Source of the DNA: a virus
IMG/VR virus record: IMGVR_UViG_3300032268_001605
Location: 32,001 to 96,000 of that record
Reading direction: 5' to 3' (one strand)
DNA length: 64,000 nt
The notes beneath the pieces are model-generated. The model worked only from the letters and a program-made list of their open reading frames with translations, was not told the DNA's origin and made no database searches. Shown here in pieces: positions 31,394-41,671 of this stretch. How positions within the stretch are numbered: the first letter of the stretch is position 1; the number at the start of each line of letters is the position of its first letter. Made by a program: the position numbers and the translations under genes.

Positions 31394-32248
31394 ATGATTT
31401 GGTCTAAAGATGAAATTGACATATTAATAGAAAATTTTCCAAAAAATGGATCCAAATATTGTAGTCAATTGTTGAATAAAAGTAAAAGTTCTATTCAACA
31501 AAAAGCTAATAAATTAGGATTATTTGTTGATAGAGATATTGTTAGGAAAAATATGTCCAAAAATACTATAAATATAGATGACTATAGAAATGTTTCTGAT
31601 AAAAAAATAGCATATATTTTGGGATTGATATGGACTGATGGTACAGTCACTTTTGCTAATAATAAAAGTAAAACACCTGTTATTAAACATACTTGTGTTA
31701 AATATGATTCGGAAATTATAACAAAAATATTCAATGAATTAAATTGGAGACACTTTTATTCCGAAAATAAAAAATCTATTGGCAAAAATACAATGTCTGC
31801 ACATTGGTTGTCTAGTAGAGAATTAGGCAACTTATTGATTGAGAATAACTTTAGAGATAAAAGCAAAGGAACTTTTATCTATGAATTATTTGAAGATGAA
31901 AAATTAATTTCGCACTTTATTAGAGGTATTTTTGATGGTGACGGTTCTTTCTGTATATCAGAAATAAAAAATACAAAATATAAACAGTTTAATATAGCTT
32001 TTTCTTCGACACACGATCAAGATTGGAGCTATTTAATTAACATACTCAATAAATTAAATGTTAAGTTTAAAGATAGAATATGTTTTGATAAATTGGGAAA
32101 ATCTTCACAATTAAACATTTTTAATTCAAAATCAATCCATCACTTTTGTGATTTTATCTATAATGATAGTGAGCATCTAAGATTAGAAAGAAAGTATATA
32201 AAATACCAACAATTTTTAGAATATAAAAGTAAATATAATAGTATTTGA
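31394..32248 (+). CDS. Free-standing LAGLIDADG homing endonuclease
   Basis: Motifs YILGLIWTDG, FIRGIFDGDG and LERK. Confidence 0.85.
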   Translation: MIWSKDEIDILIENFPKNGSKYCSQLLNKSKSSIQQKANKLGLFVDRDIVRKNMSKNTINIDDYRNVSDKKIAYILGLIWTDGTVTFANNKSKTPVIKHTCVKYDSEIITKIFNELNWRHFYSENKKSIGKNTMSAHWLSSRELGNLLIENNFRDKSKGTFIYELFEDEKLISHFIRGIFDGDGSFCISEIKNTKYKQFNIAFSSTHDQDWSYLINILNKLNVKFKDRICFDKLGKSSQLNIFNSKSIHHFCDFIYNDSEHLRLERKYIKYQQFLEYKSKYNSI

Positions 32249-32326
32249 AAAAAGAACAATAATAAGATGAAAATGTTTCATCTAAATTTCCTACTGCTTT
32301 CATACTACCATCTATATTCAGGAATC

Positions 32327-32449
32327 TTAAAATACCCCTATAACGATATGTAAAATAACATCATCATATGTCCATTTCCGTTTTGTAGGATCAAATTTAA
32401 AGAGTGGGTCTTTAAAACATTCTAATTTTGATATAATTTCATCTTTCAT
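32327..32449 (-). pseudogene. 5' stub homologous to the exonuclease at 30628
   Basis: MKDEIISKLECFKDPLFKFDPTKRKWTYD versus MEEVLKKLKIFDDSNFKFDPIQHKYYLD. Confidence 0.7.
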
Positions 32450-32479
32450 CCAAATTATATCTTATAACTTTGTTATTGT

Positions 32480-33196
32480 TTAGGTGAAACTATAAGTGAA
32501 TCCTTTTAAGAAGTCTATGGCTTGAGAATACTTATCAACAAGTGTTAAATTACTACTCGTTACCCCAAGTTTTGAGTAATCTGGTAGGTTCACCGATGTC
32601 CAGAAACTAGAGAATGTCGGAGTTATTCTATTAGTAGAGCTGTAGGTGTAACTTTGAACACATTGATAAATTTCTTCCCAATAGACTATGTGTTCGTCCA
32701 TATCATAAAAATTTATTAACTTTGTGTTATCTTCAAACACAGGAATAACTTCAAGTGCAGACCCTTTTATACCGACTTCTGCTACTACTTCAATTGTCAT
32801 TTCAAATAATTTTCTATTATATCTGAAAACTCCGTTTTCAATTTGCTCTTCTCTCAAGTCACCCAAATAATGATTAGTTTGGCTGTCGAACAATCTAAAT
32901 CCGATTAAATAGACAGATTTTGTATCTAAAAGTTTCTGTATGGACTCAGCTGAATTAAAATTAGTGAACTTTCTTATGTCTTTAAATGAAAATTCTTTGA
33001 AATCATTTACTGAAAGAAATGACCTCATAGAAATTTCATATTTTGTTAGCATTATGTCTTCTAAAATTGAATATTTACCACTTGCAATAAGTTCATCAAT
33101 ATAATTATAGTACTCAAATACTTGATCACTACCTTTTTGAGCTAGCTTATTAATTTTGATGTATATTTTATTGAATTCTCTCCTTCTTGGCGTCAT
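32480..33196 (-). CDS. Hypothetical protein
   Basis: 238-aa ORF. Confidence 0.7.
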   Translation of the reverse strand: MTPRRREFNKIYIKINKLAQKGSDQVFEYYNYIDELIASGKYSILEDIMLTKYEISMRSFLSVNDFKEFSFKDIRKFTNFNSAESIQKLLDTKSVYLIGFRLFDSQTNHYLGDLREEQIENGVFRYNRKLFEMTIEVVAEVGIKGSALEVIPVFEDNTKLINFYDMDEHIVYWEEIYQCVQSYTYSSTNRITPTFSSFWTSVNLPDYSKLGVTSSNLTLVDKYSQAIDFLKGFTYSFT

Positions 33197-33198
33197 AA

Positions 33199-34323
33199 TT
33201 ACTCACCCCCTCCACCTGACATTTGTTTGATTATTTCCTCAGCTTTATCTTTATTCTTTTCATCTTGTAGGAATTCAGCAAACTTGGTGACCTTATCTAA
33301 TTTATCAGGATCACTTTTGATTTTACCCAGTGCGTCCTGAGTCTTCTTTACATTCTCACCAGCGTCAGCTTCCGAGAAAGTATATTCTTCGACTTCTTTA
33401 TCATTTACAACTATTCTTTCAAGAGCGCCTGTTTCATATTCTGTTCTTCCCTTAATACTTAGAGGACCACCACCCTTTTTTAATTCTGTTAATTTAATTT
33501 TTTGCCCCTTTTTTGCAGTACCGGATATCTTAGCTGTAATATCTTTTCCCTCTTCAACTACTAAAACTTTACTACCAGATTTTGTTACCGTATAAATACC
33601 CTTTTCACCTTCAACACCCACTAACTCTATTTCTATATCACCCCAGTCTAAGATAATTTTACCTTCTTCTTTGACACCAGCTTTTTCCTTAAGTGTTTTG
33701 TAAAGTTCTTCCATTTCCTCTGGTGTGACATCAACTGATATTCTTTTTTTCAGATCGGCTTGAAAACTATCAAGAAATTTGATAGCAATAGCCTTTTTAG
33801 ATTTCAAATCCTTACCTTTGTTAAGTTCGTTGATATAAACTTGCTTCGAGAATTTATACTTAACATCTTTTTTCGTTAAACCCTTTAGTGGGTCTATTAA
33901 GCCAACAATACCGACAAAATCTATTTGTTTGTTACCTAATATTATCGCCTTCGAAAGTTCAATTACAGCTTTTGATTTGCCCTTACCCAGTGCAGTTTCT
34001 ATATCTTTGCCGATGTTATTTGCCAAATCTATGAGACTTGTACAAAAATTATCCATAATACCAATTACGGCAGTTTCATCTTGAATGTTATTTAATTCCT
34101 TTTGAGATCCATCTATAGCCTGATTGAAATTAGTCATAATTACATTGACTAAAGAATTTGGCTCACTCTCTTTGAACATATCTTTGAAGTCTTTAGCCAA
34201 ATCTTTGAAAGGGGCTGCGAAAAAATTAGCGAGTTTACCTAACGCTCCCTTAATTGCTCTCATTATGAACTCTTCTTTTATTAATTCGCTTTCCCTGAAT
34301 CTACTGAACTTCTCAATTTCCAT
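33199..34323 (-). CDS. Hypothetical protein with MEIEKFSRFRES leader (putative head protein)
   Basis: Leader peptide; TATATA box upstream. Confidence 0.65.
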   Translation of the reverse strand: MEIEKFSRFRESELIKEEFIMRAIKGALGKLANFFAAPFKDLAKDFKDMFKESEPNSLVNVIMTNFNQAIDGSQKELNNIQDETAVIGIMDNFCTSLIDLANNIGKDIETALGKGKSKAVIELSKAIILGNKQIDFVGIVGLIDPLKGLTKKDVKYKFSKQVYINELNKGKDLKSKKAIAIKFLDSFQADLKKRISVDVTPEEMEELYKTLKEKAGVKEEGKIILDWGDIEIELVGVEGEKGIYTVTKSGSKVLVVEEGKDITAKISGTAKKGQKIKLTELKKGGGPLSIKGRTEYETGALERIVVNDKEVEEYTFSEADAGENVKKTQDALGKIKSDPDKLDKVTKFAEFLQDEKNKDKAEEIIKQMSGGGGE

Positions 34324-34441
34324 AGGATAAATTTTTTTTTGTATATAGTCTATATATAAAAAATTCATTTGTATTTTATTATTCAATATTTACTTAAAAC
34401 TTTATTTGCCTATTTTTATAAAATAAAAAAAATATAAGTAC

Positions 34442-34990
34442 ATGAATCTACAAGAATATAATAATTTATCACAAAAGACTTTATCCAATCAGTTTCATTC
34501 GGATGGACAAATAGAAAAAATTTTACATGCCGCACTTGGACTAGCAACTGAAATCGATGAATTGCTGGAAAATTACGAAAGTCAAATAGACCACACAAAC
34601 CTCATAGAGGAAATTGGTGATATTTGTTGGTACCTCTCTATATTCTATAGAGAATATCCTGGTTCAGAAAAAATGATAAAATTAGATTCTGAGACAAAAT
34701 CACCAGAAAAAATAGTTATGGATATGTTAAAATCTATACTTAAAATTCAAGATATAATTAAAAAGAAACTTTTCTATAACAAACCAATACAAGAAAATTC
34801 ATTAATTGAATTAATCATTTCAATTAATTCAGATTTAATTCTCTTTTTAGAAAAATATAATCTAAACATAGAGGATGTTTGGTATAAAAATATAGCAAAA
34901 CTAAAGGCTCGATACGGAGATAAATTCAGTTCGGAAAAGGCGATTAATAGAGACTTAGAAATAGAGAAAAAAATATTGGAAAATGAATAA
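34442..34990 (+). CDS. MazG-like nucleoside-triphosphate pyrophosphohydrolase
   Basis: Motifs LGLATEIDE, EEIGDICWY and NIAKLKARY. Confidence 0.85.
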   Translation: MNLQEYNNLSQKTLSNQFHSDGQIEKILHAALGLATEIDELLENYESQIDHTNLIEEIGDICWYLSIFYREYPGSEKMIKLDSETKSPEKIVMDMLKSILKIQDIIKKKLFYNKPIQENSLIELIISINSDLILFLEKYNLNIEDVWYKNIAKLKARYGDKFSSEKAINRDLEIEKKILENE

Positions 34991-35330
34991 TATAAATTTA
35001 GCACTAAAAAATATTGAATCTAGAAACAATAATCTTTCACAAGATTTAAAAGATTTGAAATCAGAACTTCAAGTTTGTTTCGAAAAAAATCTATTACAAG
35101 CCGGTGTTATAAACCCCGGATACTTTTCATATTTTTTACCGATATTGGAAAGTTATAGAACCCTCGGTATAATCACAAAGTACCATCTTTCAGAAGAACA
35201 ATATACAAATGGATATTCTGGTAATATAGTAAAAATACCCGTAGTCGATGTTTTTACTACTATTGATAACTTTACTACAACAAGAATTTTTATTACTTCA
35301 GAATTAATTATTAACTCACAAAATAGATAA
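34983..35330 (+). CDS. Hypothetical protein
   Basis: ORF within an operon. Confidence 0.55.
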   Translation: MNNINLALKNIESRNNNLSQDLKDLKSELQVCFEKNLLQAGVINPGYFSYFLPILESYRTLGIITKYHLSEEQYTNGYSGNIVKIPVVDVFTTIDNFTTTRIFITSELIINSQNR

Positions 35331-35332
35331 CT

Positions 35333-36301
35333 ATGAAAATATTCGCAGGGACAAATTATCTACACTTAGCACTTGACATTTCCAAAAACTTTGAAGATTT
35401 CACTATTGGAAATTTACAAATAGATAAATTCTCAGATGGAGAAATCCTACCCTGTTTCAAAGAGTCAATACGAGATATTGATGTATTTTTTATCAATAGC
35501 AGTGATTCATCTGACTCCATAATGGAAACACTACTAGTTGTAGATGCTGCCAAAAGAGCAGGTTGTAAATCCTTTACCCTAGTTTCACCCTACTCCGGAT
35601 ATTCTAGACAAGACAAAACAGACCACCTTAGATCATCCATAGGTTCGAAACTCTTAGCCGATATTTTTGAAAAAGCCGGAGTCAATAGATTAATCACAAT
35701 AGATCTACACTCCTCCTCTATTCAAGGTTTTTACAATTTTCCAGTAATACATTTAAACGGAAATGTAGTATCAATTGATTATATAAAATCACTCGATTTA
35801 GTAAATCTTTGTATAGTGGCACCAGACCAAGGTGCTGTAAAAAGAGCTTCAGACTTCTGTAAGGCATTCCCAGAAGCAACATTTGCACTTATTAATAAAA
35901 GAAGAATCAAACCAAATGAAATTCATTCAATGGAATTAGTTGGTGAAGTAAAAGGTAAGAATGTGATAATAGTTGATGATATGGCTGATACCTTAGGAAC
36001 TATGTCAAAAGCCTGCGAACTACTACTAGAAAAGGGCGCACTATCCGTAAGATGTGTTGCTACCCATGGTATATTAAGTGGTAAAGCTTTAGAAAACCTA
36101 CACAACTCAAAAATAGAAGAGGTAATCGTCATTGACACATTACATTCAGTTTATGATAAATCTAAGTTAAATAACCGAATTAAAATAATTAGTTGTGCAA
36201 AGTTAATAGCAAAATCAATATCAGCTCTAGTAGAAAAGAAGTCAATTCATGAGATTAATAGGGTTTATCAAATCGATAGTTTAAATCAATCTAAAATTTA
36301 G
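35333..36301 (+). CDS. prs: Ribose-phosphate pyrophosphokinase
   Basis: Motifs FSDGE, YSRQD, DLHS, APDQG, VDDMADT.GT and THG. Confidence 0.92.
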   Translation: MKIFAGTNYLHLALDISKNFEDFTIGNLQIDKFSDGEILPCFKESIRDIDVFFINSSDSSDSIMETLLVVDAAKRAGCKSFTLVSPYSGYSRQDKTDHLRSSIGSKLLADIFEKAGVNRLITIDLHSSSIQGFYNFPVIHLNGNVVSIDYIKSLDLVNLCIVAPDQGAVKRASDFCKAFPEATFALINKRRIKPNEIHSMELVGEVKGKNVIIVDDMADTLGTMSKACELLLEKGALSVRCVATHGILSGKALENLHNSKIEEVIVIDTLHSVYDKSKLNNRIKIISCAKLIAKSISALVEKKSIHEINRVYQIDSLNQSKI

Positions 36302-36480
36302 ATTGATTCCTCAATCAAATTTACCAAATTCACCCCTTTTGAATCTAACTCTATTTCTTTTTGAATATAGATTCTCAATCTTTTAGACATGTCATATCCG
36401 TTTTTATCACAGATTTGTTTCCATTCTTTCAATAATTGTTCTTCTATTTTGAATTCTACTTTTTTATTTTTATTTATCAT
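36298..36480 (-). CDS. Ribbon-helix-helix-like small protein
   Basis: KKVEFKIEEQLLKEWKQIC...MSKRLR.YI; overlaps the 3' end of the endonuclease. Confidence 0.6.
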   Translation of the reverse strand: MINKNKKVEFKIEEQLLKEWKQICDKNGYDMSKRLRIYIQKEIELDSKGVNLVNLIEESI

Positions 36481-37210
36481 TTTCTGAAATTATTTTTTCT
36501 ATTTCAATATAATTTTTATCAATAATAAATAAAAAGTTATATCCAGCACTTATTGTATATTCTTTTTTTATTATATTTTCCTCGTAATCATCATTGAAAG
36601 TATATTCCGACTTAACCTCACATACTAAATTATATTTGGATAAAAAAAAGTCGGAATGATAAACTCTATTCTTATTACCCATTAAATATCTGATGCTTGG
36701 ACCTTTAGTAAATTCAATCTTATTTCTAATACAATATTGGATAAAATCTAATTCATATGATCCTTGATATTTTATATCAGTATCTCCATACTTATGTGTT
36801 TTATAAGCTGATGATTGAGCCTTCTCAAATATTTCAGGACACTTTGTTGGATGATCGAACCCATACTTATCTATTAGGGTCTTTTTAATTTTAGATTTTA
36901 CTAACTCTGATTGAAAAGTATGTTCGACTCCGAATTTTTCAAGATTTGTTTTTTTATTTTTATCAAATGAGCAAGGGTGACAACAATAATAATTCTGCCT
37001 ATTTATTTGCTTATTGTAGTTGTTATAAATAATATAATTTGTCGAGTCACAGGTATCACACTTAACGTTAATTCTAACCCTGGAATTTTTCGGTAAATGT
37101 TCAACTTTTACTATCACTTTTTCATACAGTTTTCCAATATAACCAAGTGAATGGTATAATTTTATATTTTTTTGATGAAACGATGTTTCTACTGTTTCAG
37201 ATAATATCAT
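36470..37210 (-). CDS. Free-standing endonuclease (Zn ribbon, KTNLEKFG repeats, TnsA-like PD-(D/E)XK domain)
   Basis: YQGSYELDF...YHSDF...EVKS. Confidence 0.75.
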   Translation of the reverse strand: MILSETVETSFHQKNIKLYHSLGYIGKLYEKVIVKVEHLPKNSRVRINVKCDTCDSTNYIIYNNYNKQINRQNYYCCHPCSFDKNKKTNLEKFGVEHTFQSELVKSKIKKTLIDKYGFDHPTKCPEIFEKAQSSAYKTHKYGDTDIKYQGSYELDFIQYCIRNKIEFTKGPSIRYLMGNKNRVYHSDFFLSKYNLVCEVKSEYTFNDDYEENIIKKEYTISAGYNFLFIIDKNYIEIEKIISENDK

Positions 37211-37301
37211 TATATTTAACTATTTTTAATTATATATTAAAAATAGTTTGTCCTCAACAAAAATCTTATATTTTTATATAAAATAAAAACAAAGAATAAA
37301 T

Positions 37302-38477
37302 ATGAACAAACTTGCTTTAAACTTTATATGTAAAAATGAGTCACATGTAGTCGAGAGAATGCTCAATAGCAATAAAAATGTAGTAGATCTTATAGTTTGT
37401 AATGATACTGGATCATCAGATGGTACGCAAGATATTATTAAGAAATGGGGTAAAGATAACGGAATACCTACATATGTTTTTGAAAGACCATTCGACAATT
37501 TTGAAAATTCAAGAAATCATGCGATGGAGAAATTACGTGAAGTAGTCAACGAATTAGGTTGGAATCCTAATGATGTTCATGGATATTGGATAGATTGTGA
37601 TGAGCAATTAGTAATCGAAGATGGATTCGATAAGAAGCAATTTACAAATGACTTATATATGATAAATACCTATATAGGTTCTATGAAATATACAAGAAAC
37701 ACTTTCTTTAAAGTATCAAAACCCTTTAGATGGTTTGGTCCAGTTCACGAGTTCATAATCTGTGAAACCAACAATATCACTTCTGGATTAGCAGAAAGAT
37801 TGCACGTAGATGTCAAAATGGACGGTGGATCCTGGAAAGGCAACATTCCAGATAAGTACAAGAAACACGCAGCAATCCTCGAAGATTATATCGACAACAA
37901 AGATAGAAACTCACGTTGGGTATTCTATACGGCTCAATCCTATCACGATTCGGCTTCTATTCCTGATAACAGAGCTGAGAATGAAGAGAGATTAAGAAGA
38001 GCTCTTAAATACTACAAGGAAAGAATTGGTAGATCTGATGGGTATGAAGAAGAAAGATTCTATTCACAGTTCCGTGTTGGTACAATTAAAAAGGCATTGG
38101 AATTCCCTTGGCCGGAAGTTCATCAAGAATTATTGAAAGCTTATTCAATGGATCCACTTAGAGCAGAACCTATCAAGGCAATTATTGATTACTACTTAAC
38201 GGTAGGTGATTGGCATATGGCTTTTCTTTATACTAAATTCGCAAAAGAAAACTTCCACGGTAAAAATCCTTACCCAACAAGATTGTTGTTTGTTGATGAG
38301 TCGCTTTATGTTTGGAGGTTCTTAGAGGTACATGCTGCATCCTGTTTCTATACCGGAAAAAAAGACGAAGGGAAACTTGCCTACAAAGAACTCCTGGATG
38401 CAATCAAAAAGTATCCTCAATATTTCACACAAGAAGATATTAACAAAATTAATTCTAACGCACAATTCTTTCAATAA
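37302..38477 (+). CDS. Glycosyltransferase family 2 with TPR-like C-terminus
   Basis: Motifs ICKNE, DTGSSDGT, F..SRN, DCDE and VHE. Confidence 0.85.
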   Translation: MNKLALNFICKNESHVVERMLNSNKNVVDLIVCNDTGSSDGTQDIIKKWGKDNGIPTYVFERPFDNFENSRNHAMEKLREVVNELGWNPNDVHGYWIDCDEQLVIEDGFDKKQFTNDLYMINTYIGSMKYTRNTFFKVSKPFRWFGPVHEFIICETNNITSGLAERLHVDVKMDGGSWKGNIPDKYKKHAAILEDYIDNKDRNSRWVFYTAQSYHDSASIPDNRAENEERLRRALKYYKERIGRSDGYEEERFYSQFRVGTIKKALEFPWPEVHQELLKAYSMDPLRAEPIKAIIDYYLTVGDWHMAFLYTKFAKENFHGKNPYPTRLLFVDESLYVWRFLEVHAASCFYTGKKDEGKLAYKELLDAIKKYPQYFTQEDINKINSNAQFFQ

Positions 38478-38479
38478 AG

Positions 38480-38620
38480 ATGACTAAATCTAAATTAATT
38501 ACAATTATTGGTGCACCCGCAAGTGGAAAATCTACCTTAGCTTCTGATGTTCATACTGAACTTAAGAAGCTTGGTAGAAATTCTATTTATATAACTGAAG
38601 TTTTTTTGATATCTTTCTAA
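38480..38620 (+). pseudogene. 5' stub of the NadR-like kinase (paralogue of 40257)
   Basis: MTKSKLITIIGAPASGKSTLASDVHTELKKLGRNSIYITEV followed shortly by a stop. Confidence 0.85.
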
Positions 38621-38880
38621 ACTCTTTTATCTTCAATTTCACCATTTTTAGCTGATTTATGCTCTTTTGATTAATTTTTAGAATCTCATAAAGAAGAAAT
38701 TATAAAGGTTTGAAGTGGTTAATTCATCATAAAAATCACTTTTAACTTTTCATGACAATTTATTGATAATTAGTGTTACAGAAACCTATAACCAACTGAA
38801 TTTGATGGTGCCTTTTGTGATTATTACATTTCTCATAATTAGAAAACGATGTAATTAAGTTTCGAATGAAAAATATACAA

Positions 38881-38992
38881 GAAGGGCGGGACTTTTACCA
38901 CATAACTTGATTTGAAAAACTAAATTTTGATTAACCAAAAATCTGTCTTTGGAACACGAAACCCCGCCTTTTGGGTAGGTGCTGTTATGTGA
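38881..38992. repeat. Partial long-hairpin repeat resembling Bacteroidota attC-like/Flavo-1-like elements
   Basis: aagggcggg...cccgcctt arms followed by gctGTTATGT. Confidence 0.4.
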
Positions 38993-38994
38993 GG

Positions 38995-39222
38995 TTATTT
39001 GTTGGAAACTCCTTGTTCTGATACAATTTCAGAAGCAAATTTTACCAATTCGTACCGCACAATTATTCCATTTTCCATTAATACAGGGAAACTTTCTGGA
39101 CAAGAAGAGTTTTGAATAGAATTATAATTAATTGAACTAGAACTTTGTTGTTCATAGTTAATTAAATCTGTGGTGTTTATTAATTGTCCCATATAATTTT
39201 CAAATTTAGTTATTTTCTTCAT
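38995..39222 (-). CDS. Small protein with MKKITKFENY leader
   Basis: 75-aa ORF. Confidence 0.45.
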   Translation of the reverse strand: MKKITKFENYMGQLINTTDLINYEQQSSSSINYNSIQNSSCPESFPVLMENGIIVRYELVKFASEIVSEQGVSNK

Positions 39223-39293
39223 GTTTCATACCAATCAAAATCACCATGAACCATATGATGAAAATTAATTCGACAATATGAAAAATATAAATT

Positions 39294-40208
39294 TTAATTT
39301 TTTATAATTTCTCTCATTCTGTCATCTATATTATCTTGATATGTTATTATATATAATTTAATCTGATTGATATTACAATATTCTTCTTTCAATTTGTCTC
39401 TATGTTGATTAATTATAAAATTGTCATGATTCTTATGAAATAGAGTCTTAAATTTATAATGTTGTTCACCATTATATTCTATTAGATATTTAATTTCACC
39501 ATTATTATCAAATACAGCGAAGTCAAATTTTAATAAACTTTTATGTTTTAAATCACTGAAAGTATGTTGTGATTTATATTTTATCTTATTATTTTTTAAA
39601 ATCTCCAATATTTTCAACTCACCTTTTGAGTTTCTGCAAATCGGACAACCTCTTCCAGTTAAATGATATCTTACAGTCTGAGTGAAAATGCCATGTTTTG
39701 AACAATCTATATTTAATTTACTATCATAATTTTTATAATTTTTATCAGGATAACTATATAAATTGTTATGTTTTTTATTTGCTAAATCAATAAATTCATC
39801 AATTGTTAATCTTCTATTACCACTACATTTTGAGCAACCAATACCCTTCAAGTGTGCACCAGGTGCTTGTTTAAATAAACCGTGTTCGGGACACTCTATA
39901 TTTAATGTAGTAACATTATTTATATAATTACGATCAGGATAGTTATATTTACTGTTGTGTTTTTCTTTCGCTTTTAATATAAAATCATCAATAGAGATCT
40001 TTTGATTCCTGGAACAATGATGGCAGCCTTTCCCCTGTAAGTGATTATATGGAATTTGAGTAAATATACCATGTATAGAACATATTATTTCTATTTTATC
40101 ACGACTATTTTTATAATCAGAGAGTATATAATCATATATATTATTATGAATTATATTAGCTCTTCTTATAAATTCATCCTTATCATATTTTTTTGAAAAT
40201 CCACACAT
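39294..40208 (-). CDS. Free-standing endonuclease (three C..HG.F.Q....HL.G.GC..C repeats plus DUF559-like nuclease)
   Basis: Repeats, SKGE, FDF, IEYNGEQH and RD..K. Confidence 0.8.
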   Translation of the reverse strand: MCGFSKKYDKDEFIRRANIIHNNIYDYILSDYKNSRDKIEIICSIHGIFTQIPYNHLQGKGCHHCSRNQKISIDDFILKAKEKHNSKYNYPDRNYINNVTTLNIECPEHGLFKQAPGAHLKGIGCSKCSGNRRLTIDEFIDLANKKHNNLYSYPDKNYKNYDSKLNIDCSKHGIFTQTVRYHLTGRGCPICRNSKGELKILEILKNNKIKYKSQHTFSDLKHKSLLKFDFAVFDNNGEIKYLIEYNGEQHYKFKTLFHKNHDNFIINQHRDKLKEEYCNINQIKLYIITYQDNIDDRMREIIKN

Positions 40209-40256
40209 TTCTTTATATATAAAAAAACATTTTTTACCAAATCCCATATAATTTAT

Positions 40257-40820
40257 ATGAAAGGCAAATTAATACAAATATTAGGTGCACCCGCATCAGG
40301 AAAATCAACACTGGCTTCTGAAGTGCATACCGAATTGAAGAAAATTGGTGAAAATTCTATATTTGTAGGAGAAGTTTGTACGGATTTCATTGCCGAATAC
40401 GGAATACCTAATTCACCGATAGACCAAATAGTTATTTTCTATAAACAATTAAATAAAGAAAAGATGTTTTTAGAATCTAAAGAATTTGTTGTATGTGATT
40501 CTAGTTCTATTTTAAATTATTTTTACTTTAGAAAATTATTTCCATCTAAATTATCAAATAAGAATATTGCAACAATAAATCACCTACAAAAAGAAATATT
40601 GAAACATATCAATGATATAGATAAGATATTTTATGTTCCACCAATGAAAAAAATTGAAACAAATGATGGAATAAGATATCACAATAGTGATGATATAGAT
40701 GAATTAGATAGATGGATTAAATCTTATTTGGAATTAGAAAATATAGAGCATATAGATCTGAGTGATGTTGACATGGTAGATAGAGTTAAATTTATATTGA
40801 ACAATCTTAATGGTGAATAA
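40257..40820 (+). CDS. NadR/Ttd14-like P-loop kinase (AAA_28)
   Basis: Motifs GAPASGKST, CDS and DGIR. Confidence 0.8.
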   Translation: MKGKLIQILGAPASGKSTLASEVHTELKKIGENSIFVGEVCTDFIAEYGIPNSPIDQIVIFYKQLNKEKMFLESKEFVVCDSSSILNYFYFRKLFPSKLSNKNIATINHLQKEILKHINDIDKIFYVPPMKKIETNDGIRYHNSDDIDELDRWIKSYLELENIEHIDLSDVDMVDRVKFILNNLNGE

Positions 40821-40950
40821 TTTAGTTTAAATGAATACATTTCAGTATTTCCAAATTAGATAGGTTAATAAAATCATATTTAGATTTGGAGAATATCAAT
40901 TACGACGATTTGACTCAAATAGATTTAAAAGGCAGAACAAATCATATAAT

Positions 40951-40987
40951 AAAAAAAATACTCCAATAATCGGAGTATTTTCTTTTT
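40951..40987. terminator. Bidirectional terminator
   Basis: aaaatactcc-aataatc-ggagtatttt. Confidence 0.75.
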
Positions 40988-41047
40988 AAGAAGAAACACA
41001 CTCTTTTGGGAGTGTGTCGGTCTTTGAGGACTACTCAAAGAGGGGTT

Positions 41048-41671
41048 CTATTTACTTAGTAGTTTAATTAAATCTTCTGTAATCTTAGCAATCATTTTTC
41101 TACCTTCGATCTCTATTAGTGGAATATTCTTAACCCAAGAGTATTTATCATTACCATCTATATCAATTGCTTCAATCAGTTTTTGAACCTTTGGATTGCC
41201 ACTGAATTTTGATTTGTAATACTCTTTCAAGTCAACTACGAACTTAGCTAAATCCACACCTTTCTTATAGTTATACTTAACCATTTGAAGTTCATTATCT
41301 TGTTTCTCCACCATAATATACCAGATAGAAGATTTAGAAATTTTCACATTTTCTAAAAAGTTGTAACCTTTAGATGCTTTGGTTCCCTTTGGTAATTTTG
41401 CGACTTTCCCATAGAATTCTACTTTACCTTCTTTTAATTCTTGTTCTGGTTCTACTTTCTGACCTGATGGCATCATATGCTTAGTGGACATAGGTGATTC
41501 AAACCTACCCGACTTTTTAGGTACATTTGGATTAGCTGGTAAATCACCATCATCAAATGGTAGTTGTGTAAAATCTGAGTTGTCTGTCATTTTATTCTTA
41601 TCTGATTTAGATATCTCTGAAAATTTTTTGAATGAAGATATTATTTGTTCTTTTTCGTTTTTGTTGCTCAT
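41048..41671 (-). CDS. Hypothetical protein
   Basis: Start MSNKNEK after a TAATATATA box; contains ISSFKKFSE. Confidence 0.65.
   Translation of the reverse strand: MSNKNEKEQIISSFKKFSEISKSDKNKMTDNSDFTQLPFDDGDLPANPNVPKKSGRFESPMSTKHMMPSGQKVEPEQELKEGKVEFYGKVAKLPKGTKASKGYNFLENVKISKSSIWYIMVEKQDNELQMVKYNYKKGVDLAKFVVDLKEYYKSKFSGNPKVQKLIEAIDIDGNDKYSWVKNIPLIEIEGRKMIAKITEDLIKLLSK

Noticed and set aside
35333-36301. NARP1-type NAD reconstitution pathway
   Set aside because: The Prs looks canonical, and no Nampt/Namat gene lies in the window.
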